Source: Raillietiella orientalis
Lineage: Eukaryota
DNA: 64,000 nt
Assembly (NCBI GenBank): GCA_036172245.1
Contig: JAYWIR010000033.1
Location: 248,001-312,000, forward strand
Reading direction: 5' to 3'
Part shown: one piece after another, positions 46,801-59,355 of the stretch
How positions within the stretch are numbered: position 1 is the first letter of the stretch
Layout: every line of letters begins with the position of its first letter
Program-made: the position numbers and the translations under genes
The notes under the pieces: model-generated
What the model saw: only the letters and a program-made list of their open reading frames with translations
Database searches by the model: none
What the model was told of the DNA's origin: nothing

Positions 46801-49440
46801 TTTCGAACCAGGCGGGCATGCTGATGAGCGCCGCCCTGTTGCCTTGCCTCCGCCAAGGATTCTCAGTTCTTAGGGAAAACCGCACCAGGGTGTGATAGGA
46901 CACCGTAGTCATAGTGTCGTGAAACCCCTGGATGCGGTTCCCAAGTTCGGTGCTGAGCACGACGTGATCGATCGGCTTGTGGCTCGCTGTTCGCCAGACC
47001 AGTCCGAACTCGTCGGATAGCCGTCTATACGCCGTCCTTCCTCTGTCGTCTTGGGAGTGTATGATCTCATCCAATATGTTGAGATCGCCAGCGACAATTA
47101 CGACGTCCTTAGGGGCGTCCTTTTGCAGGAGTGCTGCATGCAGCGCCTCCGCACAACGATGTTTTAGCCTGTGCGGCCCGTACACGTTTACCACGATAAG
47201 GTGAACAGTTGCGGACCAGGCCAGTCGCACGTCGATTGTTCGTCCGGGCTGAGGACAGAACACTTTCAGAATAGTGAAGGCTAAGTGGTTCTTTATTAGC
47301 ACTGCCACACCCTTCGTGTTTTGTTCTCCTTCGCTGACGAACATCTGCCCGTTGAATCGCCGTTCCATTCGCTGGCTGATCTCGAGACCCACCCTGTGGG
47401 TCTCCTGCAGGCACACGATGTCTTGTTGTGCGATGGTCCGCACAATCCTTCTTCTTTTTCCCTGGTCGACCACAGCGTTCACGTTTCAGGAGTCGATGTT
47501 CAGCCTCCTCTCGGTCGATAGAAAAGAGGCCATAAAAGGGGAAGACCTATTTCTTGGCCTTCCTAAGCTTCTTCTGTCTGAGAGAGCGTGCTCTTCCAGA
47601 CAATGAAGAATCACCTGGCTTCTCGCTGCTGGCGGCACTCTCAGTTCCTGTGAGGTCGGTTATTTCCGCCTCCTCCGTAGAATGTTCCTCCCGCGCGATC
47701 AATTTTCGAGATAGCGCCTCTATCTCGACCTTGGCGCAGAAGTTTGCCTTCACGTCGAGAAGCTCTTCCTCTAGCTTCTCGCGTTCAGCGACCTCCACAA
47801 CCTGGTTGATGTTCTCTTGTGCAGTGCAGATCTTCTGCAAGATTTCCTCTTGCTGAGGACCGCTCTGCACCTCCATAATCTCCTCCGCCAGTGTTGTTAA
47901 CTCCTCGGTGGTCTGCAGAGCCTCCTGCGACACTTTAGTGGTTTCCTGTCTCTCTTCCTTCGCGCCTTCCTGCGCTACCTCCATCTTCTCACCTTCCTGC
48001 TCTGCTTCTTCCAGAATTTGAGGAGTTTCTTGCTCCTTGACGAGCATCCTCCTCTCTCCCTTCTTTCATACTTCTACTAAGCCGTCCGCCGACACTAAGA
48101 CGGCTGCTTTCACCTTCTTCGGCCTTCCTTCTTTCTGAGACTGTTCGGCCTCCTTGATGTTTCTCTCTCTCACGGGAGAGAGACCTCGAATCCTTCTGCA
48201 GTTTTCAAACTCCGGACAGCTCCATTTCGCATGTCCGTGTTTCTTGCAGAAGGAGCACACCTCCGGCTGCGGGCAGTTTCGGACTTGATGTCCTACTTTG
48301 CCGCAGCGAAAGCAGCGGCAAGTTGGGCAAGCGCAGGCGCTGTGGCTGAACTGCTTGCACCCGGTGCAGAATATTTGTTGTTGCCGGTAACGCACATTCA
48401 CTCCCTGGGATTGTTCGTCAATAACGGTTAATCCAGGGATCACCGCTCCCTTCCTCAACTTCATCTTGGCGATCATGTCGCCAGAAAATATGTTTCCAGA
48501 GAAGTTCTGGAAATCAAGGTCCAGAACTTCCCCAAACTGCTCCAAGTAATTCCACACCGCTAGTTGCGGTGTGACGATGGAGATGCCGTTTAAAAAGACG
48601 GTTGTGTATGGTATCTCGCCAATACCACAAACCATCCGTCCTTGTATATTGATCCCTTTCTGGATGAATCGCTCTCTAATGTTTTCACAGTCTGTAAAGA
48701 CTGTGAACCCGTTGTTCGATGGAATGATCGCCTGAATGCGATCGAAGTCTATGTCCGTCTTGTCGAGGGACAAATAGACCTCCCTGAAGTTATTAAATTT
48801 TATTAGCCCGGTCTTGAAGATAATGGGCTTCACGTTGGGGCCTGTTTCGACTATTGGTCGGTCCACTTTTAGAACTTTTCCGCTAAGCGGCTCACCTAAT
48901 TTCCTAGGTGGGTGGACACTCGCCTGTCCAGCCGCCACCGACGCATAAGAAAAGGGCTGCGACGCCGCAGCCGAACAAGATGGCGCCGCTCCCTGCACCG
49001 CGTAAACGCCCGCGGGTCCCGCCTGGGACGCCGCCGCCGCGGGCGCAAACCTCGGCATTGCCGCCGCAGGCGCGACCTTCCCCGCCGCGGGCACGATCCT
49101 CGGCGTCGCCGCCGCGGGCACGACCTCCGCCGTCGTCGCCGCGGGCACGACCCTTGGCATCGTCGTCGCCGGCGCAGCAAAGCCCGCCGCGGGCGCGATC
49201 CTCGGCATGCCTGCCGCCACCTCGCCGTTGCCGCACGTTACCTCCATGGCTTCCATGGGGGACGATGGCCTCACCACTCCTCCAACTCCAGATGCCTGCA
49301 TTTTGGCAGCTGTTCCGGCTGCTCGTGACGACTTCAGGACTTCCACCGTGGACTTCTCGGCGCTCCTGCTGCTGACGATGATTTTCCCCGGTTGCACTCT
49401 TCCCACACTGGCGTTCACTCAAACACTTGTCCTCTCAGGG
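43882..49440 (-). mobile_element. Near full-length family A copy 2 (ORF1 about 49300-47547, ORF2 about 47533-44016, 3' UTR)
   Basis: Three knuckles, APE, RT with YADD (about 45604-45615), GGSG thumb and degenerate zinc finger. AATAAA plus hairpin at 43882-43918. Several stops and frameshifts. Confidence 0.95.
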
Positions 49441-49510
49441 CACTCAAAAATTGCCTTGGCAGTGGTTTTAAACACTGCCTTGGCGGGATATTGGGTATAG
49501 TTTTAAACTA

Positions 49511-52500
49511 GCAATAATCACGCCTCCCTTTCGTTCAGCGGCGGCGATACCGCCCGTGCGCAAGGCTCTCACGATCTCTAGAGGAGTTGCTTACGCCTGC
49601 GCGGAGGCAGCACTCCAAGAGGCAGCCATTGCAACGCTTCTTACATTCGTGGAAGCAGAGTCATCTCAGGAGGGCAAAAATAACTGTGACGCGAAGGAAG
49701 ACGGCTGGATGCAGGTGAGAAAGATCATTAGAAAGAAACCGTCAAGGTCTTCGCAGCTCTGTGTGAAGGTGAGTGGGCGAAAGAAACCCGCTAAACCTTC
49801 CCAGAAAGAGATTGCGATTCTTTCCTCCTGCGCAGTCGTCCTCTCGCAGTTGGAGCGGGATGCTGCTGCTGCGGCTATAAGTACGAAAGTTCCAGTTGCA
49901 GTTGCAGGAAGCGCTAGGAAACAGGCAGCGAACGATTTCCCTAATTCCGATAAACAGCCGTAGCGCCTGGCAAGCCCTCGACTGTTGGATTCTGATCCAG
50001 AGTCCGACAGAAAGAGCACACAGCGCGACAACTGCCCGAAACCGCGCAATTGCCTTCCGAAGACCCGCAAGCGCGTGGTTGCCGAGGAGGAACTGTTGCT
50101 GGGGAGCAAAGAGGAGAAAAAGGACCTCACCTTTGAGCTACCGGCAACAAGCAGTGCGGCTTCGAATGGAGATATCCAGTCTCCGAGATCGACCGCTCTG
50201 TCTCGTGACCACTCGCCGGACAAGGCGAGAAATCTGTGCTCACCTTCCCAGCCTTAATGCAGGAAGTCGCCTCTTTTTGTCGAATCAGCGTAGCCTGTTG
50301 GAACCTTAATGGGCTGCGCAGGGACGGAGAGAGGCGCGACGTGTCAGACACCCTGCGACATGTCGATTTGGCGATCCTTCAGGAGATGCATTACATCTCC
50401 GATGCGGAGGTTGCGGAAATCGAACAGCGCGCGGGTGGCACCCTGTACTGGCAAGAAGGTTCCGCACAATCGTGCGGAGTCGGTTTTCTCGTCAATAATA
50501 GGATGGCGGGAGCGGTGCGTAGCGTTCGATTCGACCAGGAAGGGCGAATGGGCCAACTTGTACTCAAGTGGTCAGATTCAATCGACCTCGTCGTAAGGAA
50601 CGTCTACGCGCCGAGCGGCTTTCATCGGCGTGTCGAAAGAATGGAGTTCTTTAACGTGCTGGAGAGCCAATGGCTCAGAAACTCCGTAGCCAGAGTGGCG
50701 CATCTCGTCGCAGGGGACTTCAACGTCCACCTGCTTTCCAACGAGACGCGGTCCCAGGCGGAACGGTCGCGGGTGGAAGAGGCATGCGCGTCGGTGCACG
50801 CGCGTAACTTGGAAGCCGGCGAGCCTAGACTGAAAATGTGCGTGGAACACCTTACCTCGATGAACACCTACTCTCGCGAGTGGGAAGGAGAGGCAGGGTG
50901 CCGTCCACGTTATCGGACCATGCTAGGCTGGAGTTCGAGATACTCCCGCCGGGCAAGGGACCTCCAAACAATGTTTGGAGGATGCCGGCGGATTGGCTGA
51001 GTCATCTGGAAGCGGCGGAGCATCTTCGCCAGTTCCTTCGCGGCTTTGCCATTTGTGAACTCGCAGACTGGGACCATCTTAAAAGATCGGTTCGCGAGTT
51101 TTCCGACCGGTTGTTCCTGCACCTGCTTCCACGCGGCTTCGGGGAAGGCGTGGCCAATAGCAGAGCATTTCTGCAGGCGCGCACCTTCTCGAGACGTGCG
51201 GAAGTCCGACAACTCGCCGAGTACAAGGCTTGGGCCGAGCGTTAGGTCTGGCAGTCTGGAGCGGCTATTCTGCTCGACGACCAAGGCCGGGAATGCACGG
51301 CTACTGCCGAAGTGCGGCGAGCACTGAAGCGTCACTTCTCCTTGCTCTACGCTAATTTTCCGACGGAAAAAGTCCTCTCCGAACTACTTTTGCCGCGGGC
51401 TGCACATGGCATCGGCGAGGAGGAACGCGATCGTCTCGACGAGCCCTTCACGTTGGAGGAAGTTTCTTGCGCCATCGCAGGACTCAAGAGACGGAAGACG
51501 CCAGGTGAGGACGGACTGCCCGCGGAGTTCTATCAGAGCTTCGCGGCGGAACTCGCCCCACTGGTTCCTAGAATCTCGAAGCTGATGAGGGTGACGGGCG
51601 ATGTCCCTTCTTCCTTCCGCTCAGCAAGGGTGCGTCTCCTTCCAGAAGAAGGGGATCTGCGCCAACTCAACTACTGGCGACCGATCACATTAGTCAATGC
51701 GGCCGTCAATTTGTTTTCGAAGTTGTGGGTCACGCGTTTAGGGAAAGTCGCGGAGTCCGTGGTAAGTCCGGAGCAGTCTCACGCTGTACCGGGTAGATCC
51801 ATGGATGCGAACCTTCTTTCCGCGCGCATTTGGTGGAAGCTTCAAGAGCGCGTTGCGGCGGATAGCCGAACAGCGGCAAGACCTTCTGCCGACTGAGTGC
51901 GTCAGTGCGGACGGACGGGAGAAAGGCCGTGAGCCTTGGCACTAGCAGTAGATTTGCAGAAAGCATTCGACTGCGTAAACCAGGAACTCCCCTTGGAGCT
52001 CCTGGAGCTTCTTGGGCTTCCGAATCATCTTCTCCTGTACTTGCGCTCCTGCTGGCGCCACGCGATTATCAACTTGTATTTCAGTGGCTCTCGCGTGTAC
52101 GGAGTGGCCGTGCGCAGAGGCATCAGACAGAGCGACAGCTTAAACCCGTTGCTCTTTAGCATCTAGTTTGAGTTGGTGCTAAAAGCGTACAGGCTGACGC
52201 TGGCCGTCCTGCGCTGCGCCTGTTCGTGCACTCCGTCCGCGGCAGCATACGTCGACGACGTTCTGCTTCTGTTGCCCATGTCTACTCTGCCAGACTCGGT
52301 CCCAGACTTCTTCGAGCTAATCCGTCGTGGAGCGAACATGAGCGTTAACAGGGCGAAGTGCTTCGTCGTGCCGGTGGGTGCGTCGTGGGAGCGACAGGCC
52401 GACTGGATCCGCCTGGGGATCCCCATGGTCAGGTACTCCAAGTACCTTGGCGTACCGTTGGGCGACTTCTGCTCGTCTGAATCGTGGTCGGCCTGTCTTC

Positions 52501-53460
52501 AAAAGGCAGAGATGGCTATAGGCCCGTTCCTGGAAGGCAAGTTCGTCTTGCAGGAAAGGGTGTGCATATGGAACACTTTCCTTGCTTCCCTCCTCCGCCC
52601 CTTATTTTTTGTTTGACCGCCTCCCTATGTGGTTAAACTCCGGGCGCAGAGTCTCTTACGTGAGTCCTTGTAAGGCGCTGCGCAATCCAGGGTTGGCCTC
52701 AAAGATTTGGTGGCGCCATGCCAGGACGCAGGCCTGGGCATCCTGACCATCCACAAGATTGGACTGCAAGTGCACTTACGGCTTCTATCCCTATGTGGGA
52801 AATTGTGGCCTAGTCACTGGTGTGCTTTGGCTCGCCATATTCTCCAGCGATGTGTCGGCAGTGCAGGATTGCTTTCGCTGCTGCCGCGCAACCTTCGCCG
52901 GAGAACTGGATTTGGCTACCCACTGAGGCACTTGTCCTCGTTGCTGTTAGCCCATTCCTGGATTTCCTGCCGCCCCTCCGATTGGAATGCTTGGCAGCAG
53001 GAAGCTTTGGAGCACTGGACGTCCACTTTGGATGTACGCCCAGAGCAACTGCGACCCTCACAGGGCCTCTTACGCCAACCGCTAGGAGTGATCCTACAGG
53101 ACTGGTCGCTTTGGTCCCGGATAGTCGTCTCACCCATCGCCGCAGCGCTGTCTGCTCTCAGGGAAAACAACGACAGTAGCCAACCGGCAAGGTGGGAGTT
53201 CTTCTGCAGCATTGCAGGAGTGAGAAGACTGCTGAGCGGCTGCAGAACGAGCGTGTTGGTAGACGCTGCCACTCCACGTTACCTGGCAAAGGGACTTCTT
53301 TGTTGGAGTGAGGTTCTTGGATTACTCTCCGAAGATCTCGTGGTCCCTTCCTTGAGTGTGGACAGCTCCCTGTTCCCACTTCGATGGAAACAGGATGTTC
53401 TTCTTTTTCTGCACTGGGGATTCCAGTGCAATAAGCGCAGAAACTTGGTTACAGGGTTAA
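49511..53460 (+). mobile_element. Element B2: ORF1 tail and ORF2 from 50257, truncated before the zinc finger
   Basis: PSQP-TAATG, CWNLNG, GDFN, TPGEDGLP, DLQKAFD, YVDD. Confidence 0.92.
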
Positions 53461-53531
53461 GTCATCTTTTGGCTAATTATGGATTCTGCCACCTGCTTCA
53501 GACGCGAATCCCATAGCCTTGCTGGCAACTT

Positions 53532-56178
53532 GGCGGGCAAACGTGTTTTTTCCGCGCTCCTCTGCGCCTGTTGTAAAGGCTTTCGTTGTGTTAGTGTTTG
53601 TGTGTGTGGTGCATCTGCGGTGTCAAATAGCAGAAATTCCTAAGGACAACGTAATGCAGATCCGGGGGGGGAGAGGCTTTTTATACTCCCCAACCCATGG
53701 AGGAGGGTGCGACCGCTCCCACGGAGACAAGGGCAACCGTGCTCTTGAAAAAGTTGGCAACTGTCCAGTCGGAAGCGAGGGCTGCCGCTTTTCTGAAAAA
53801 GAAAGCAACTCCTCCCGTGCAAAAGGGTGCAACCGCGCCCTTGAAAAAGGGGGCAATCGCATCCTTGGATTCTTTTTCGGAAACGACGAATACCTGGAGC
53901 GCCATGGCTGCAGCACCATTCCCTGAAGCCATAGGCGAACAGTGTGCCCACTGGGATCAAGAGTATAAACCATTCTTGATTTATAAAGTAGGCAACCTTT
54001 TTGTTGGAAACACCGCTAGGAATTTGGAAAGAGAGCTACAGCGGTTCCAGGAAAGAAGCAGGTTTGGCACAAAGACTCCTGCGAACTTCCGTTAGGATCG
54101 AAAGTTGCCAGATCTTTCCTGTCCCGGTGGACAACTCAATAGCTGTTTACCTCCGCGAAATCACCTTACGGATGCCACTGAGTGCCGTCAGGGCTGATTT
54201 GAGGGAATTGGGCACCGTGCAGGCACTGTGAGCGAAGCCCAACAGACTCCGTATTTATGACAGACTTCTATGCGTGGTCGCTGCTGCGCGCATCACGGTT
54301 GCCAAGGACGTTGAGATTCCCCACGAAATGGTTGTCGACGGAGATACTATCGACATCTGGTATCTGGGCAAACCCAAATACTGCGCGTTCTGTGATGCTA
54401 TGGGACGTGTGTAGAAACGTTGTCTAAACATCACCTGGCGCAAGTGCGAGGCAACCGGGCGCACGGAAGAAATGTGCTCGTAAAAGACTCTTTGAGCGCT
54501 GGCTGCTGCTACAAGTGGCACGAACACCTATAAAAAGAAGCCTGGCAAGCCCTGGTCTATGTCCGAAAAATAGGATGACTCGGAGCCTGCCGAGAAGGCC
54601 GTGTCGAGCATTCCGTCTGCGGAAACGCATGCAACCGTCGCGGAAGGAGAAGAGCCGGACTGACAAAAGGTGGCCTACAAGAAAGGGAACTTGAAAAAGA
54701 AGAATAAAGTACAATGAAAACTAGCGAAACCCGAAAAGAAGCAGGGACTGAAATAACGCACGATCCCACTGGAGCGCCTTACAGACGCCGAACTGGCATG
54801 CGAACAGGCCGCTGCTGTGTGCAACAATGGCTACAGCCATGTCGTTAAGGGAACAGCAGCTCACGGCTGCATCGAGGGTGTGAGTTGCGTTGACGCGGAC
54901 TTTGCAAAAGCTGCCGTCGAGCTCGCCGCCGCCGTTCCGCAATCATCCGCAAAGGGCGAGAAGGCCGCTCGGAGTCCGGCTGAAAGGAGGTATCCGGATC
55001 TCGGACTCGGACCCGGAGGCCGGGCACGCACCATCTGTGTCTGCAACGCCATGGAAGATCGGAGGGAAAATCTGTAAACCGAGGAGCATCGTTTCCTCCG
55101 AGGAGAAGGAATCTTCCGAAAACGAGGGTGCGTCGAGCGTGGGAGGAATGGACTCGAGTCCTGAACTCCCACGCCCGGTCGAGACACAGTCGCTGCAAGC
55201 GGAGAGGGAACTCGAGGCGCCTTCAACTGCAGACGGGTGAGAAAGCATCCCGCCCAATGGGGAAGCGGGAGAGGCTGCATCACGTTCCTAGCAGTAATGC
55301 CGGGATACGCCACATGCCGTCAAATCCGCATCGCCAGTTGGAACGTCAACGGGCTTTGCGATGACGGTAGGAGACGAGAGATAGCTGCCACCTTACAAGC
55401 CTTCGACATTGTGCTACTGCTGGAGATCCACGAGATCTCCGCAGAACATGCGCGGAAGATCGAGAGGATAGCACGTGGTCAGCATATGTGACGATGCGGC
55501 CACCGCCGTACGCGAGATGTCGTTTTCCTTCTGAAGCCTGCCTTACAACGTTCGGTAAGGAAAGTTCGTTTCGATGAGACCGGTAGGGTTGGGCAAATAA
55601 CCTTCAGGTGGTCCGGCGCAAACGATCTCGTCGTCACGAACGTGTACGCGCCGAGCGGCGGTCACGTGAGCGTAGAACGGACGGCATTCTTTCGTGCGTT
55701 CCAGCGCGACTGGCTGTCGGAGGTAGGCACGCTCTCGGCGTACCTGATAGCCGGGGATTTTATTATTGGCCTGCTATCGGGTGCGGCGAGGACAGAGGTC
55801 ACCCCTGTTAACGGGATGTGCGCCACGCTGCACGCATCCAGCTTGTTGGCCTGGGAAGCCGGGATGGATCGGAGCTTGGACCACGTCTTCCTCGACGTTC
55901 ACCTGCGCTGTCGCGTGAGCAGGAGAGGTAAGATACATTCCGCTTTCTCCGATCACTCCCGTGTGGAATTTGTCATTCGCCCGCAAGGCACAGGGCCGCC
56001 CTCGGAGGCGTGGCGTCTACAGGGGGACTGACTGACGAAGCCAGGCGTAGCGGAACACCACCGCGCGTTCTTGCGAGGTTTCAGCCTGCAGATGCTCGAC
56101 GACTGGGACGATGTGAAAGTCTCGGTGCGAGAGTTTTGCCAGCTGTTCCCCAGGGACCGTCTTTCGAAAGGATTTGGT
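53532..56178 (+). mobile_element. Element K: 5' end, ORF1, APE and linker
   Basis: YKPFLIYKV, CAFCDAMG, TAATG at about 55294-55298, IASWNVNG, NVYAP, SDH. Confidence 0.88.
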
Positions 56179-56296
56179 GTTGCCACCCGGGTACGCCCTG
56201 GACGTTTATTGAAAAAAACTCTCTATAAAGCGTGGTATAAGGCCCCAGTGCGGCCTTAGACACGGGACCTTTCGGGAAAGCAAGACGCAGCCCGGC
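56179..56296 (-). mobile_element. 3' UTR-only fragment of about 120 bp with terminal hairpin
   Basis: AATAAACGTCCAGGGCGTACCCGGGTGGCAAC plus similarity to 56500-56580. Confidence 0.8.
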
Positions 56297-56461
56297 ATGG
56301 CAACTCTGCTGCTTCAGTTGATGAAGCTGATCCGAGACGAATGCGATGTTCCCGACTCGTTTCGGTCAGCCAGAGTGAGGCTCCTTCCGAAAGGAGAAGA
56401 CTTCAGTGATTTAAAGAACTGGCGTGCGATCACGATTGTGAATACGGACGCCAAGTTGCTA
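56297..56461 (+). mobile_element. G-type RT fragment
   Basis: DVPDSFRSARVRLLPKGEDFSDLKNWRAITIVNTDAK. Confidence 0.85.
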
Positions 56462-59355
56462 GTTGCCACCCGGTCACGCCGTGGCGTTTATTAGAAATTC
56501 TCTCTAATTCTTGGTACGAGGCCCCACTACGGCCAACTCAAAAGGACCTGCCGGGTTGTCGGTACGCAGGCCGGCGTGACTCTCCTTGGCAGCGGAAGGG
56601 CGTGGCGGGAAAAACAAAAAAAATATGCAACATAAAGGACAAAAAGTTTTTGGAGGGTTAAGGAGGGATCAGTGAACACTGGGAGGAGGGTCCATTTTTT
56701 CCAGGATGCCCTCGAGGTCCGTCCGTATAATTCTTAGGTGGGGCCAACTAGCCACAATTCTCAGGTAGCGGACTGGGAGTACGACGGCATCGCTGTCGTG
56801 GCTCGGTCTTCTGACGTCGATCCAGCATGTTACAATCCCACGGTCGCAGCAAAGTGCAGCCAGGGCAGCGGCTGGTAAAAGGGCATCCTGCACGAACAGA
56901 AGCCGGAAAACGTATCTGGGCTGTCTGCCCTTCTGGATCCCTAGGGAGGGACAAAGAATTTCCCACAGGGGTCGACGGGCAGCACAATCAACTAGGAGGT
57001 AAGGGAGAGTTTGCCGCTCCCCACACCTGATGCAGGCTGGATCTACTCGACCCCTAGGCCAGTGGTGGCGGCGTACGTTGCAGGGTAGGCCCCAATGCAA
57101 CAACAGAAGCACCGACTCCTGCCACTTCAGGGGAAGGATCCTCGAACCAATCAATACCGGGGGCCACTTCAGATCATCCGGCTGGATGCCGAACAGGTCG
57201 TCCTATCTCAAAAGTCTTCTCGGCTGGACTTTAGCGGTAGTGGCTTGTGCCAGTTGTTCCATGGACCAGCCGCTCATCTACTTCTGCTTGCCTGCGATGC
57301 GGCAGGAGACTTGCCACCTAAGCTGGCGGCTGCTGGAAAAGCGTCCTCCTCAAGAAGGGCATAGCCGTAGCTAGGGAAGTTGTCTCTGCCCACGTTCTCC
57401 TTGCTGGACACTCGATGATCTCTTGCAGATTGCAGCATGCGTAGGATACGTGTCGCAGGCATTTCCAGATCTCTTTATTTCTCTCGTTTATCTTCGTTCA
57501 CGTTCCAGCTGTTTCCTCCAGCCATGCGGAGGAGTTGGTGGGGCTGCATACCATCCAGCAGTTTTTCTAAGCCAAAGTTGGTATGAGTCCCAGGAGGAGT
57601 GCGCATCTCTTGAACTTCGAGCCATGGCACAGAAGATAAGACGCGAGACCCTCCGTCCCGGATACACGGCTGGCAAGGAGTCGGGCCGTAACGCACCTAA
57701 GGGTGCTCCATAACTTCGCTGCGAAGGCAAGGGTGCGTCATCGCAGCTGGATCTCTACTCGCTCCATCGTCAAGAGGCCGAGACCGCCATCTCGACGTGG
57801 AACTAACAAGTCCTTCAATGGAAATCGAGGCCTCGCTTTTCCCCAAAGGGCAATTCTCAGGAGGTCGTTCGTTCGTTTCTTCAACTCTCTGGGTACAGGC
57901 CAAACAAAAAGCAAGGAGCAGAGGATGGGAGCCGCAAACGCGTTCCACACCGTGGCCCCTTCCGGAAGAAAAAACTGTCTTCCAGGAACGGGCGGATCGC
58001 CGTTTTCACTTTTTGGAGGCAGCCGGACCACGCATTTCAAGGGGAATAGTTTCCCAACGGCACACCCTGATACTTCAAGCACCTGGCCGTGGGAATCGCC
58101 AAACAGAACCAGTCCTGTTGCCCAGTCAACGCCACACCAACTGTCACCACCGACGACTCCGCCTTGTTAACCCGCAGTCCTGTTCCACGGTTGAGCAGAT
58201 CAAAAAAATCTTCAAGCGCTTTCGCCGGGGTATAAATAGGTAAGAGGAGCAGAAGATCGTCGGCATAGACTGCTACTGCGGAAGTGCCTAAGCACATGTT
58301 CGGCAAAAAGGTTAAAGTCTCCCTATACGTTCTGAGCACCAACTCGAAGTAGGTGCTAAAGAGCAGGGGGCTGAAGCTGTCTCCCTGCCGTATGCCCCGC
58401 CGTACCGGCACGCTGTACGCCATTTGACCTCTGAAAGAGATATTAATTAGAGCGCTGCGCCATCAAGAGCGCGAGGAGGTCAGTAGGGAGAGAGCGAAGC
58501 CCAGAGGAGCTCCAGCACTAGATCCTGGTCCACGCAGTCGAACGTTTTATGCAGATCGACTGCGATCGCTAGAGCCCCCTTCTTTTCCTGTGTTTCTCAT
58601 CCTTGCCCGACTGACGCCCCCGAAGCAGGGCTACAAATCATTCCCTCTTCCTTATAACCTCTCTGCGCATTTAACCATGTGCTCCCGAAAAAGCGGTTGG
58701 CCTCCATACTTCGCCCAGGAACAGCGTAAGTCTGCTTCGGGCTAATTATGGAAATGGCAACCTGCCCGAGACGCAAAGACCACAGTCCCGCGAGGAACTT
58801 GGCGTCCGAATTCACAATTGTGATCGGACGGCAGTTGCTGAGTTTCCTGAGAGCTCCTACTTTCGTTAGGAGCCTCACTCTGGCTGATCGAAACGAGGCG
58901 GGAACATCGCTTTAGTCTTAGATAAGCCTTGTCAACTGAAGCACCAGGGGTACCAACCCTGCCGCAAAGCTATAAAAAAACTCCGCGAGCAGGCCGACCT
59001 CCTCTGGTGCTTTACGCCTCTTGAGCCCTTTGATACCAACGAGAATTTCGCCGGTGGTAAAAGGCTCGTCAAGGCTTTCCCTTTCTTCCCCCCCTATTGC
59101 CGGGGCACCGTCCGGGAGCCAGCGCCAAGAAGAATCTTAGTCCGAAGGCGCCCTGACGTAATGGGTGGAATAGTGACACCGCACGATGTGCCGTATTGTG
59201 GCCGGGGCCGAGTGCCCCCGTCTCTGATCGTCCAGCAAGCTGGCCGACCCGGATTGCCAGGCTTGACGTTCAGCCCCGGCTCGGTACTCTGCCAGACCAC
59301 GGATATTGGGGGGCCTCGCGTAACGACAGGCATACAAGGACGCCCTTTCGTTACG
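56462..59355 (-). mobile_element. Element L: G-type ORF2 3' portion and 3' UTR
   Basis: GIRQGDSFSPLLF, VYADD (about 58257-58270), CIRCGE. Terminal hairpin at 56462-56492. Confidence 0.92.

Noticed and set aside
43860..49520. A2 as a simple insertion with TSD splitting one host element
   Set aside because: No duplication is found at the flanks, and the left (C) and right (B2) pieces each seem to contain the equivalent ORF1 motif, so they are probably different elements.
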